A stretch of 53,995 bases of DNA, filler included, from Jimgerdemannia flammicorona (Eukaryota): NCBI GenBank assembly GCA_003990765.1. It is 3 parts of 3 records of this genome, joined end to end, with 100 filler letters (N's around TTAATTAATTAA, not from the genome) between each part and the next. Parts side by side here need not be neighbours in the genome. Positions count along the whole stretch, not along the records: positions 36,069 to 53,995 come from RBNJ01002361.1; 2 more parts are not named here. The stretch is one strand, 5' to 3'. Numbering within the stretch: the stretch's first letter is position 1; each line of letters begins with the position of its first letter. The notes beneath the pieces are model-generated. The model saw only the letters and a list, made by a program, of their open reading frames with translations, searched no databases and was not told where the DNA came from. Made by a program: the position numbers and the translations under genes. Shown in pieces: positions 39,798 to 51,812 of this stretch.

Positions 39798-40682
39798 TGA
39801 TTGGTGTCTTCTCCACTTTTTCACAGTTTCTAGTATCTTTGGCTGCATCTAGAGTGTATCTGTTTTGGTACAGTACCTTCTTCCTTTTACTATTGCCAAT
39901 AAGGTGCTGTCTTAGTGTATTATAGGTTATATAGGGAGTCAGCTGACCTTAGGTATCAAGTGTCCAGTATTGGTTACCTGCAGGTCCTCAGTGTCTATGG
40001 TGGAGCTCTCTAGCTTTGGTGAGCTTCTCAGCAAGAGCAGTTCTGACATAGGTGACTGTTTTTTGGATATTGTTGAGATGGGAGGGGAGATGATCATCAC
40101 AGATAGGAGGAAGGGCAATTATGGTAAACTAGTAGAGTACTAGGCTGGGGGCAATTATCAGAGCTGGGATAGGTGCTGCTTTGGTGGGACCTTTTGATTG
40201 GTATAGAGTAGTTAGGTGGTAGGTATCACTCTCAGCTTCTTTTGGTAATTTGGCATTTTAGGCTCCAGTCATTGGGGGGGGGGGGTCAGGGGGCCTGAGG
40301 TTACCCATTTCAGATGTCTTGGCTGTACTCAATTAGAACCAAGAGCTGATATAGCAATGTGATCGAGGTCTGCAGGCTTGAGTAGTAGGGTATTGGGGGT
40401 CTCCTTCTGTCTTATATATAAGTCCTCTACTCATCTCATCTGGGAGAACTAGGCCCTATCTATGTCCATGTTACCCATCTTGCCCATTTTGCCCTTCTTG
40501 CTCTGAAATTCTTAAAATCCTTGTAACTTGCTGAAACTAGAAGCTATGGCTAGGACTTCTCTTCTCTTATCACTTCTGGTATACTCAACCTTGGGGTACT
40601 GATGACCCACCTTCTCCTACACCATAGGGATTCAATTTCCACCTGGATCTTTTGACCAGTATAGTTTGAGAGAAAGAAGTTC
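39798..40682 (-). mobile_element. 5' part of an unidentified non-LTR-like element; probably continues at 38166-38333 and 36069-36614
   Basis: Shares its 5' head with the 1.2-kb retroposon; MGNLRPPDPPP start; possible decayed zinc knuckle about 39890-39935. Confidence 0.45.
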
Positions 40683-40706
40683 TAGTCTCTATATCTCTAT
40701 ATCTAT

Positions 40707-41173
40707 TGTGATGGTGTAGCCATATTTGGAAGAAGGAAATAGGGAACAGACACTTGATCACACTCAGTCCCAAAGTAGTATAGCCACATAGTTAGTAGTC
40801 CTCAATTCTGCCATTTGCTAAATATTTCGCAAAGTGCAAGATCGAGCTTCTCAATTTAGTATAGCATTTCACAACTGGCGAAATATTTTGCAAAGTGTTA
40901 AATGACTCATAACTTAGCCACGTAACCCAGTAACCATCTCATAGCTAGCAAACTTGTATAAATAACCCAGTATCTTCGAGTGAATAAACTTCAGATCAAA
41001 ATAGTTCAAAGCAAAGAGATAGTAAAGGAACTAGTAAGCCTGCAGGCAAATATACTTCGAACTCACCCACCCTCCCCTGTAACTTCAAGAGACTCTGCGA
41101 GAGTCAGAACAGTCAAGTTTTCAAGATACAGAAATCCGACATACTTTTAAGAGTAAGTGTTCGCTATGTTATA
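40707..41173 (+). repeat. B1 5' LTR
   Basis: Direct repeat of 46955-47421; TATAAA and AATAAA inside. Confidence 0.95.
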
Positions 41174-41176
41174 ACT

Positions 41177-41193
41177 TGGTGCCCATTGGCTGG
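41177..41193 (+). promoter_or_regulatory. Primer binding site TGGTGCCCATTGGCTGG
   Basis: TGG 3 nt after the LTR; conserved in B2 (9914-9930); tRNA identity unresolved. Confidence 0.75.
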
Positions 41194-41287
41194 TAATTCA
41201 AGACGAATCCTTCACTTTCAAGCTGAACAACGAACAACCGCCACTACCTGAATAACCATACAAACCGAGCCCCAATACCTAGACAAA

Positions 41288-44200
41288 ATGGATATAAGAC
41301 CACCAGTATTCCATGGATATACCTCAGATGAATCGATCATCACCTTCATTGATGATTTTGAGCAGTATGCTGCTGTAAGGACCCTGACAGCAGCATAGCA
41401 AGTAGCCCTCATGCCCTTCAGCCTACAAGGCCCTGCCAGAGCAGTATTCACAGCTGCAACCCATGCAGGAAATAATGCTGATGCTATACTGACAGTACAG
41501 AAGACCTGGCTCTAAAATACATATTATACAGATGAAATCAAGCAAGCTCTGAAGGATCAGCTCAATACAACATACCAAGGAATAAGCGAGGATCCAAACA
41601 CATTCTATACCAGAATTCGATATCAGATAATCCTTGCAGATTATGCTGCTACTATTCGAGATCAAGTAGTCAAAGCAACCTTTATGAAAGGAGTCCATCC
41701 AGAAATAGCCATGGCTATCCGCTTATCACCAGTGATCCTGGATTTGCCACAAAAGGTCACCTATGCTCAGTGATACTGGATAGCCAGACACCCACAAGAC
41801 CATACAATGGAGAGAGTTACAGGAGTCAGAATCAAAGCACCCAAGGCAACCAGTGTGATCCCTATCACAATGATCAATCGAAACACACCTCAGCCAAAAG
41901 CTACAGAGCAGAAAAAGAACAGTGACCCTATGGAGGAACTCACCAAAAGGTTTGCTGAAATGACTACCCACCTGGGAGATGTGGTAAAGGAAATTCAAGG
42001 AAGAGACCACTGCCCTATTCAGAAGTTTGCCGCCACCTCAGACAAGAAGAAAGGTACCTGCTATAGCTGCAGAGAAGAAGGCCACTACTCCTATGAATGC
42101 ATGAGCAAAACCAAGCGCAAGGCTCAACCAAGCAATACTATATGAAATAAGGAGCAGGCCAATACAATTACCTTTGAAAAAATTGGAGATTCTGACAAAG
42201 AAGAATGGGAGGCCTATCCTGCTCAGACTACCAAAAAGGATGCTCGCAAGGAACTCTACAAGAGACTGCCAGGAAGACCCAAGAAGAACCCAGTGGAAAA
42301 GCGGATGGAAACTGCCACAGTAAGCCAAGCCAAAGAGATGGACCAAGATATGGAGCTGGAGCAAGCAGTTCAAGATATCATCTGAGGAACCACTCTAGCC
42401 AGTGAAGGAGAAAAAGAAAAGAAGCTTCACAAGACCAAGACCTTCAAGTATGACATTTTCAAGGACCTCAGTCAACAAAAGGTCAATGCAACCTTTGGTC
42501 AGCTTACAGAAATCCCAACATTCAGACAGTAAATGAGGTTTGGACTTGCTGAAACAACCAAGGAATAAGGATTGAAGATAACTGAGGCCAATAATGTTCA
42601 AGAGGACTCAGGAGAAGAAAGTGAGGACAATCGCAAAACCTCTGCTTATGCAATATGCCAAATCGAAGATAGAATCTTTGAAGCCATCATTGATATGGGA
42701 GCAGGAGGATGTCTCCTCAGCAAGAAGGCAGCGGACTGCCTAGGTTGGGATGTAGAAGAAGCAACTAAGCTGGTGTTTGTCACAGCCAATGACACAAGAG
42801 CCACACCTCTGGGAAAGATCAGAGATGTTCTCATCAAGATTGGAGGAGCAACAATCCCAGTAGATGTAATTGTAACCAATACCACCAACTATGACATCCT
42901 CATCGGCAATCAATGGCTTCACAAAGCCAAGGCAGTAATCGATCTCAATACTCAGAAGATGCAGATCACCTACCAGGGACAGAAGATACAAATTCCCATC
43001 AATGTCAACAAAGGAGTCCTGCCTGATATGGAGGAAGAAGAGAGCGAGTAAGAGGAAGCTTATATGGTGACTACTCTAAAGAAGAAGAAAGTTGGATGGA
43101 TGAGTGAAGAAGAATGGTGCAAGAAGATCGTAGAAGGCTGTGCACCACAAGGAGTCTGTCCTCACAGGATCAAGATGTACTGTATGGAGCATGTCAACGA
43201 TTGCTACCAGTGTACCATCGGAATCAAGAAGACCCACCAGGAAAGAAAACAGAAAGCTCTCGAAAAACAGATCAGGGAAGAAGAGAAGAAGGAAGATGAC
43301 GAACTACCGGCCCTCCTGGAGGACAGCGATGATGAAGAAAAAATCAAGGTCAAGATTCAAAAGATCCACCCTGATACAGTCTTACCTGAATACAAGTCAG
43401 AAAATACAGCCAGAATGGACATCGCTATAGTAGAAGAGACTGTACTAGAACCCCAGACAACCATCCTACTCACAACCGGACTGGAAATAACCATTTCAAA
43501 AGACCACGTTGGGATCCTCAAGACAAGAAGCAGCCTGGCCAGAAGCAAAATTACTATCAAAGGAGGAGTCATCGATTCAGACTATACTGGAGAAATTCTG
43601 CTCATTGTCAGGAATCACAATCCTACAATTCCATTCCCAGTCAAGAAGAAGGACCAATTGGCACAGATGTTGATCTTCCCAATCATACAACCAAGGATCA
43701 TAGAAGTCAAGAATCTGGAGGAAATGAAAAGAGAAAAGAAAGGATTCAGATCCACAGGAAGAGGAGTATTTGCCAGCACCAAGATCACCGAACTCGAGTA
43801 TAAGAAAGAGGAAAACACAAGCAAGCACAGCTATACCATCAGAAATGAATTTCCACTCAAGAAAGAACTCAAGAAAATACTCCATGAATTTGAAGATGTC
43901 CTTGCCACAGACTTTAAGGATATCAAAGGAAAGACCCCACACTACTATCATAAAGTAGATACTGGAAACACCGAACCTATTTATCAGAAGGCAAGACCTG
44001 TCCTGCCAGCCTACCAAGAATGGCTCAGAGAAGAAATCAAGCAGATGGAAGAAGCTGGCATCATTAAAGAAGCCAGCAGCCCCTGGTCCTCACCTGTTGT
44101 ACTAGCCCTGAAAAAGGGCAGCAAGCTTGGAGAATTTGCCCCAAGACTCTGTGTTGACTATAGAAAGCTCAACATGGTTACCAAGAAGGATTGCCAACCA

Positions 44201-45280
44201 CTGCCCCTCATCAATAACATCCTCATAATACTGGGAGATGAAGCACAGTACTATAGCACTTTGGACTTATACTCAGAATTCCACCAAATCAGACTCACAG
44301 ACATGACAAGTGAAAAGTCAGCTTTCATCACCCCAGACAGAACCTATGTCTACCTATGAATGCCATTTGGAATGTGCAATGCACTAGCAAGTTTCTAGCG
44401 AATAATGAACAAAATCTTCTACTATAACATGGGAAGATAGATGATGATCTATATTGATGATGTAATCATCTATAGCCAGACACCAGAAGAACACCTGTAG
44501 CACATCTGGCAGATAATGGAAAGACTGAGAAAGCATGGCCTATACATCAAGCCCAAAAAGTGCAAGTTTGCAGAAATCGAGATCTTCTATCTTGGCCATA
44601 TTATCAATCGAGATGGAACACACATGGACCCCCTCAAGATACAAGTGGTAGCAGCATACCTAAGGCCCACTACTATCACAGAAGCTCAAGCCTTTATGGG
44701 ACTTGCCTCCTACTATCACAGATTCATTAGAGGATTCTCCAATATTGCAGATCCAATCTACGAACTCAACAAGAAGGATACTAAGTTCCAGTGGACTGGT
44801 AGACAACAAAAAGCATTCGATGAACTCAAGGTCAGACTGACCCAGGCACCCATCCTCAGAAGACCTGACTGGACTCAAGAATTCATCCTACAGACTGATA
44901 CAAGTATATAAGGACTAGGAGTAGTCCTAGCTCAAAAGAAAGATAAAGTGGAGTATGTCATCACATATCTCAGCCATGGAACCTGAGGAGCTGAAAAAGA
45001 ATACGAATCCTACAAGTTGGAATGCCTCGCAGTCATCTGGGCCATAGAAAAGTTCCACTACTACTTGGCTGGAAGACACTTCACTATCCAAACAGACCAC
45101 TCAGCTCTTACCTGGCTACTGACAACTGGACAACTCAAAGAAATCTATACTAGATGGATAATGAAGTTGTAAGCTTATGATGTAACCATCATACACCACT
45201 CTGAAAGAACCAATGCCAATGCAGATGCCCTCTCATGGACAACCTGAACTACCTCCAAGCAACAAATCAATCATGAATAA
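41288..45280 (+). pseudogene. gag-PR-dUTPase-RT-RNase H in a single frame (1331 codons, with in-frame stops)
   Basis: PPVFHG, CYSCREEGHYSYEC, IIDMGAG, dUTPase GGVIDSDYTGEI/KKGFRSTG, DYRKLN, YIDD, LQTDTS, NADALS; the frame is unbroken. Confidence 0.93.
43345..43760 (+). pseudogene. dut: dUTPase domain between PR and RT (family B)
   Basis: ARMDI, TRSSLA, GVIDSDYTGEI, LAQML, KREKKGFRSTG. Confidence 0.92.
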
Positions 45281-46463
45281 GGAGCTCTACTATGGAATTA
45301 TCACATATCTGGGACAACGAAAGATACTCCAACATCTGGAAGAATGGATACAAATGATTATCAACAGAACATGGAAATAATTTGAAACTGATAGAGAAAT
45401 ACTGAAAAAAGGAAAACTACTAGTCATATCAGAATACAAGAAGGAGCAAGTGATGAAATCAGTACATGAACTTGGCTATCTAGGAGAAACAAATACATAT
45501 GACAAGGCAAGGAGAACAATATGGTGGCCAGGGATGGAGGAAGATATCAGACAATTTGTCAAGACCTGTGACAAATGCCAGAAACAGAAATAAGACCAAT
45601 GAAATGAAGCTCCAGAATCAGTACATATAGAACCAGTACCATTCGCTCACATTGCAATGAATGTAATCAGCCCTCTACCCTTGACTTTGACTGGCAACCG
45701 ATACATCATTGTCATCATAGACCTTTTTACAAAATGGATAGAAGCAGGACCCCTTATGGAAGCCAATGTACAGTCAATCACCAATTTCTTCTACAAAGAA
45801 ATCATCTGCTGGTTCAAGACTCCAACACAAGTAACTATAGATAGAGGAACAGAATTCGTAAACCAGCTCTTTGAGGTTCTCTACAAGAAGTACAAGATCC
45901 AGTACATCTGGACCACAGCCTATCACCCCCAAGGAAATGGATAAGTAGAAAGGACTAACAAAACCCTCAAGAACATTATTGCTAAGATCTGCAATAATTA
46001 CAAGAACTAGGATCACTATCTGCCAATAGCATTATCCACTCTCCAGGATATCTAATCACAAAGTATCTACTTTACTCCTTGAGAAATGCTATTTGGAGAA
46101 GAATGTTCTCAGGGAACCCTATCATCTAATGGAGATGCTATATGGAAACATGTAGATATGGAAATATGGAGACTATACCAAATCAGGAAGAAGGCTGAGG
46201 ATTACATAACCAAGGTGCAGACACTACAATGGAGGAATGCTGAAAAGACCCATAAACCTTTGGAGATTATCAAGATAGGAGACAAAGTCCTGGTGTATCG
46301 GAATATGGTAGAAGCTTCATGGTCATGAAAACTGGAGCCCAAGTGGGAAGGACCTTACCTGGTGCAAGACATAAAAGGGACCACCTTTTGGCTATAAAAA
46401 CTCTCAGATATAATAATCCCCACCACTATTCACCGAAACCAACTCAAGAAATATCATAGCTAG
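45273..46463 (+). pseudogene. Stand-alone integrase ORF (family B)
   Basis: ATG in the +1 frame overlapping the RH stop (ATGAATAA); HELGY...CDKC, DRGTEF, YHPQGNG, KLEPKWEGPY. Confidence 0.92.
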
Positions 46464-46479
46464 TAACAAAAGTACTGTG

Positions 46480-46960
46480 ATGGCACTCAAGATCACTAGT
46501 GCTGCCCAAAGAGCCATCGAGAGACAATGGTGTACCACTGAGCCTCCGACTATAGAGGAGTCTTATGACAGTATCCAAAGTATTGTGCAGACTCATCTCT
46601 CTCAAATCTCACACTTCAAGGCCTACCAGCATCGAAACGAATTTCAAGAGTACTTCAAACTTGGCCAAGTACTCAACCAAGACCCAGAAATGACCAAAGA
46701 AAATTGGATCACAGAATACCAGCTCTCCTATTCCCAGATCACCATTGCTAAGAAAATTCACAAGCTATTCTGAGAGGATGAATTAGCACTAGCCCACCTA
46801 CGAGGAGTGACTCCCTCAGACTTCGAGCAAGTCAGACGATACCATTAGGAAACAGTAATGCAACAAATCACACAATATAAGACTATACAGACCATTGAAG
46901 CTTGAGAGTTTGAATAGATGCTTCAGAGACAAGATTATCTATTCAGGAGGAAGTTGTGAC
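46480..46960 (+). pseudogene. ORF3 of family B
   Basis: Aligns almost without gaps to family A ORF3; the frame continues past TGA 46771 (likely CGA); true end uncertain. Confidence 0.75.
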
Positions 46961-47421
46961 AGTATAGTCATATTTGGAAGAAGGAAATAGGGAACAGACA
47001 CTTGATTGCACTCAGTCCCAAAGTAGTATAGCCACATAGTTAGCAGTTCTCGATTCCACCATTTGCTAAATATTTCACAAAGTGCGAGATCAAGCTTCTC
47101 GATTTAGTATAGCATTTCACAACTAGCAAAATATTTCGCAAAGTGTTAAATGACTCATAACTTAGCTATGTAACCCAGTAACCATCTCATAGCTAGCAAA
47201 CTTGTATAAATAACCCAGTATCTTCGAGTGAATAAACCTCAGATCGAAATAGTTCAAAGTAAAGAGATAGCAAAGGAACTAGTAAGCCTGTAGGCAAATA
47301 TACTTTGAACTCATCCACCCTCTCCTGCAACTTCAAGAGACTCTGCAAGAGTCAGAACAGTCAAGTTTTCAAGATACAGAAATCCGACATACTTTCAAGA
47401 GTAAGTATCTGCTACATTATA
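46955..47421 (+). repeat. B1 3' LTR, preceded by PPT aggaggaag
   Basis: Direct repeat of 40707-41173. Confidence 0.95.
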
Positions 47422-48090
47422 CTATGTGTTTCTATATAGTATCTCTATTAAATAATAAGATTTCTTGAGAACTTTCTTCTTCAAATAGCATCTCTTGAGG
47501 GATGAAATAGATACTTTGTAATCAGATATCCCAAAGAGCAGATAATATTATTGGCAGATAGTGATCCTAGTTTTTATAGTTATTGCAGATCTTGGTGATA
47601 ATATTCTTGAGAGTCTTATTGATCCTTTCTGCTTGTCCATTTTCCTGAGAGTGATAGACTATAGTCCAAATATACTAGATCTTATACTTCTTATAGAAAA
47701 CCTCAAAGAACTGGTTCACAAATTCTATTCCTCTATCTGTAGTTACTTGTGATGAGGTCTTGAATTGGCAGATGATTTCTTTGTGAAAGAAATTAGTAAT
47801 TAACTATATATTGGCTTCTTTGAGAAGTTCTGCCTCTATCCATTTTGTGAAAAGATCTACAATGATAATAATATATCAGTTGCCAGTCAAAGTCAAAGGT
47901 AGAGGACTAATTACATATATCTATTATAATATATGCAAAGAGTACTGGTTCTATGTAGAGTTTTGATTTCTTAGTCTTATTTCTGTTTCTGATATTTGTT
48001 ACAAATCTTGACAAATTGTCTGATATCTTTCTTCATTCCTGGTTACTATATTATTCTTCTTGCTTTATTGTATATGTTTATTCCTTCTGA
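47422..48090 (-). mobile_element. Family B integrase fragment B4 (target of B1; continues at 40683-40706)
   Basis: Reverse-complement homology to about 45480-46180, continuous across the CTAT TSD. Confidence 0.88.
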
Positions 48091-49778
48091 TCATCTTTAG
48101 AATATCTTATAAAGGTTGGCAATAGGATAGCTATTTTATTGTCACTGTTTTCTGATTCTAATTCTGGTTCTGATTCTAGTTCTGATGCTAGTTCTAATTC
48201 TGATTCATCTTCTGAATTGTTGCTGGAGTTTGGGAGATTTGGATATTTTGAAGATAGTATTATAGATCTTGGGTGAAGTGGAATAGATCTGGGTATCCTT
48301 AAAGGAGCTACTCTTTGGTCTTTTTGTTCTGTAATAGCTGGTAGTAGAGGTTTAATAGGTGAAATTGGTAGAACTTCTATAGAGAATCAGGTTTGTATAA
48401 TGAGGTCTTTTAGTTCTTAAGCAATTCAGTCAAAGTTGGTAGTAGGACTGTCTGTATAATCTGGTTGATCTGGTTGGAGATTCTATATTGTACTGGCTTT
48501 TTATTGAGATTCTTCTGATAATGGGTAATTAGTAAGTCTTGAAGTAATTACTTCTCTTCCTGTCTAAATACTGGTGATGACTGGTTCTTCTATAGTGATA
48601 GAGATTGATATTATATTAAATGTATTCAGTTTAACTGTGGATTCTTGTGAGCTGAGAAGTTATATTAATTTTGAGTGTAAATTTTGAAAATCTTCTCAGT
48701 TGAGCCCTCAAATATAATATGTCTGACTCAATGGAGGCAAATTACAAAGTTGGAAGTTAATATAGTTTAGCTTGAGCCCCCAGTTATTTTGTCAAAAGTA
48801 ATAAAATATTCTAAGATTCCTGAGGTCCTTGGTGTTTAGTATATATATAGTATAATAGTCAAATCTGGATACAACAGTCAATTCTGTCATATTTTCTTAT
48901 TAGAACTATTCTTTGAGTATAGCAGTGATTTATATATATATAGTAAATAGTTTCCTTCTTGAGAGATGGATAATTCCTATATAGTATGATAATCTCTAAA
49001 AGTATATGATTTCTGATATAATAGTCTAATATAGCATAACAATATCTATAAAGTACAATAATATCTGTATAATAATCTTATTTTCAAAAGTATATAATTT
49101 CTGATTTGGATATAAATTCTCCTGAATAAGCAGTCTTCTCAAATAACTTTAGTAACTCAAATGATACAGATTCTTTTTAAATTAGCAGGTTCTTCTAGAC
49201 AATAACTCAGATGGTAGATTCTTGGCAAGTTATATCAAAGACTGACTTTGTTTATATAGAGTTATATCATAGATTGGCTCTACTATAAAGTTATATCAGA
49301 TAGATTAACTTGTGATAAGATTCAGCTATCTGAGAATAGCAGATTATTCTCTTAAATAATAACTTAGATTCTCCTTTTTAGGAAAGTTATATCAAGACTA
49401 ACTTCATTTATATGAATAAGTTCACTATAAAGTTATATTGAAAGACTGGTTTTATGTAAGATGATGGACTTCTTGAAAATAGTGGCTCTTTCTCAAGCAG
49501 TAGATTTACTCAAATTCTTCAGGGTTTTCTAGTAAGTATACTAATTAATCTTTATATCAGAAAGTAGACCAAAGTAGAAAAAGAAGCTATTGCTTTAGAT
49601 TCAATTTTGAACTGAGGTTTATTCACTCTTATCTCTGGGGTATTTTATATAAGTTAGTTGCTATCTCATTGCTATATAGCTAAGTATAGAATACTCTTTA
49701 TGATAGATATATAAAGTCTATATAGTATATAGAGTCTGTATAGTATATAGAGTCTGTATGGTAAATATACTCTTTCTG
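48090..49778 (-). mobile_element. Family A 5' portion, A3: LTR 48713-49778 (cut by a LINE), decayed tRNA-Pro-like PBS 48694-48710, leader/gag start
   Basis: LTR homologous to about 2852-4043; tgagggctcaactgaga resembles TGGGGGCTCG.CCGGGA after transitions; LLPTF gag-like start about 48120. Confidence 0.8.
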
Positions 49779-49862
49779 CACGCCTTTCACCGGTAACATT
49801 CAGGTGACACAAGTTTTGGACAACACTTTCTGCGAAGTTTTTGGTGAAAAGCTACTATCAAC

Positions 49863-51782
49863 ATGGCGAGCAATGAACAAACTGGTGGGCGGGTCGGCCA
49901 GGGGGGCAGCCGTGCCTTCGACTGGCAGCAGGTTGGGAGGAAACGAGGTGATGGCTTGGGGATGCCAGGGCCATCTGTGGTGGGTGGTGGCACTGGCGGT
50001 GGAGGGAGAGGTGGGCTGAGGCAGAGAGGTGGGGGGAGGGCAACCTTTGCCGACAAGGTCAGAATGGGGAAGATGGCCTCGGGGCTGGATGGTTGGTTGG
50101 GACTGGGGAAGGCGATGCCGGGTTCAGGAGGAGGGCAGGAAGGATCCCCCATGGGAGCCTCAGTCGGTATGGGGGGAGGGGGAGTAGGGGTCGGAGATGT
50201 GACTGCTGATGGGGCTGTGACGGGGAATCTGGAAAAAAATCCAGATGTGACGGTGGTTGGCGGATCCGGACAGAAGGTGGGCACGAGGCCCGGGGACCTG
50301 GCTGATGGAGTGACAGGCATGGTGTCGGCACCGTTACTCAAAAAGTCGAGGTCAGAATTCGCCGTCACGTTGTGTTTCCGAGGCTTGGCAGTGACTGCGA
50401 GGATGATTCTGGGGATGGTGGCGCAGGAGGTGAAGGGGGCAGCTACAGTCAAGTTCATGAAGGGGAAGGAAGGGATAGAGGTTGGGTTTGAAGAAGAGAT
50501 GGTGATGCTGGAGGCTATGGAGAAAGGAGTAGTGGTGGGTGGAGTGGTAGTACCTATGGCGAGGTGCATGCGCTGGGACCCGAGAGTGGTGCAGTTGACG
50601 GTGCTGGATCTTCCTACAGTGTCGAGGGAGAAGGCGAGGGAGTTGATTGTAGAGGTGGTCAAGGAGTATGGAGATGTGATCGATATCGGGTTCAAGGTCT
50701 GGGAGGGTACGGAACTTAGGACTGGAGACGTTGATGTACGAGTACGCTTGTTTGGTCAGGAGAACACGGGGAAGGTGAGGGATTGGCCGGCGACGCTGAA
50801 GTGGGGACCAGTTGAGTGCAGGGTCTCTCGGGTGAAAGGGACGTTGGAGGAAGAGGAGGATTTGCTGGAGGCTCTTGAGGATCTGACAGGTGCTGTCGAG
50901 AGGAGACGATTGGCTTGGAAGGAGTATGAGGCCAAGACGGTGGTGGAAATTGTGGAAGGGAAGAAGATCAGGATGGATCGAGGAGCATGGGAGAAGATGC
51001 AGGGGAGGCGTATTCAGAAGGAGCTGCTGGAGAAATTGAGAGGTGGTGCGGTGGAAGGTGGAGAGGGAGGAAGTGGAGTAGGATCAAGGGAAAGTGACTG
51101 GGCTGGGGAGCCCAGAGTGGTTCAAAGGGAGGCCCAAGAGGCCCGTGGGGAAGGAGGGCAGGGCAGCGTAGTGGAGGATGCTGAGATGAGCATAGAAGTA
51201 CAGCCACAGTATGGGGTCCCGGGAGGGGTCGGAGGTGAGAAGGAGCTTCTTGATGTCCTGGAGGAGGAGTGGGATGAGTCGGGAAGGAGGATCGCATTGG
51301 TAGACCCGGTGGTTGAGGGGGAAGGGAGTGCCCAGGGTGCCGAGGCAGTGGTGGAGGAGGAGAAGTGGCTGTGGAAGACTCTGGAAGGGGTGGCAGCTGA
51401 GGAGCTAGGAGGTGAGGACTTCCGGGTTATGAGTGATAGGCACTGGGAGGAAATTCTACGTGGGGAGGAGGTGCCAACGAAGGTCCGGAATGAAATTCTG
51501 GCGGTGCTCCTGGAGTCAGTGGAGTATCAAGTCGATGATCAGCGAGAAGGGGAACTTTGAGTGATTGCGAATGATCGAGCAGCTTATCTGTGGAACTCGA
51601 AGAAAGGGTTGGAGAAGTGGGGAGTAGTGTGCAGGGAGTATCGGACTGAGTTCGAAATTGTTGATGGCGCAGAGTGCCAGGAGATCTTGGAGGCACTGGA
51701 CACACAGGAGGTGATGGGGGCCGAGTTGGAGGCTGAGCAGCGCCTGGATCTGGAGGGGGACAGGAGGAGCATGGAGTTCTAG
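49863..51782 (+). pseudogene. LINE ORF1 (639 codons, one premature TGA at 51558-51560)
   Basis: The 565-aa and 73-aa ORFs are in the same frame; the other copy has a sense codon (CAG) at this position. Confidence 0.85.
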
Positions 51783-51812
51783 ATTGTGATATCCCTACCA
51801 ACATTATTCAAT

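Larger units (their letters stand above)
40707..47421 (+). mobile_element. Complete Ty3/gypsy family B element, B1
   Basis: Paired 467-bp LTRs, 4-bp TSD CTAT (40703-40706 and 47422-47425), PBS, PPT and all domains. Confidence 0.97.
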
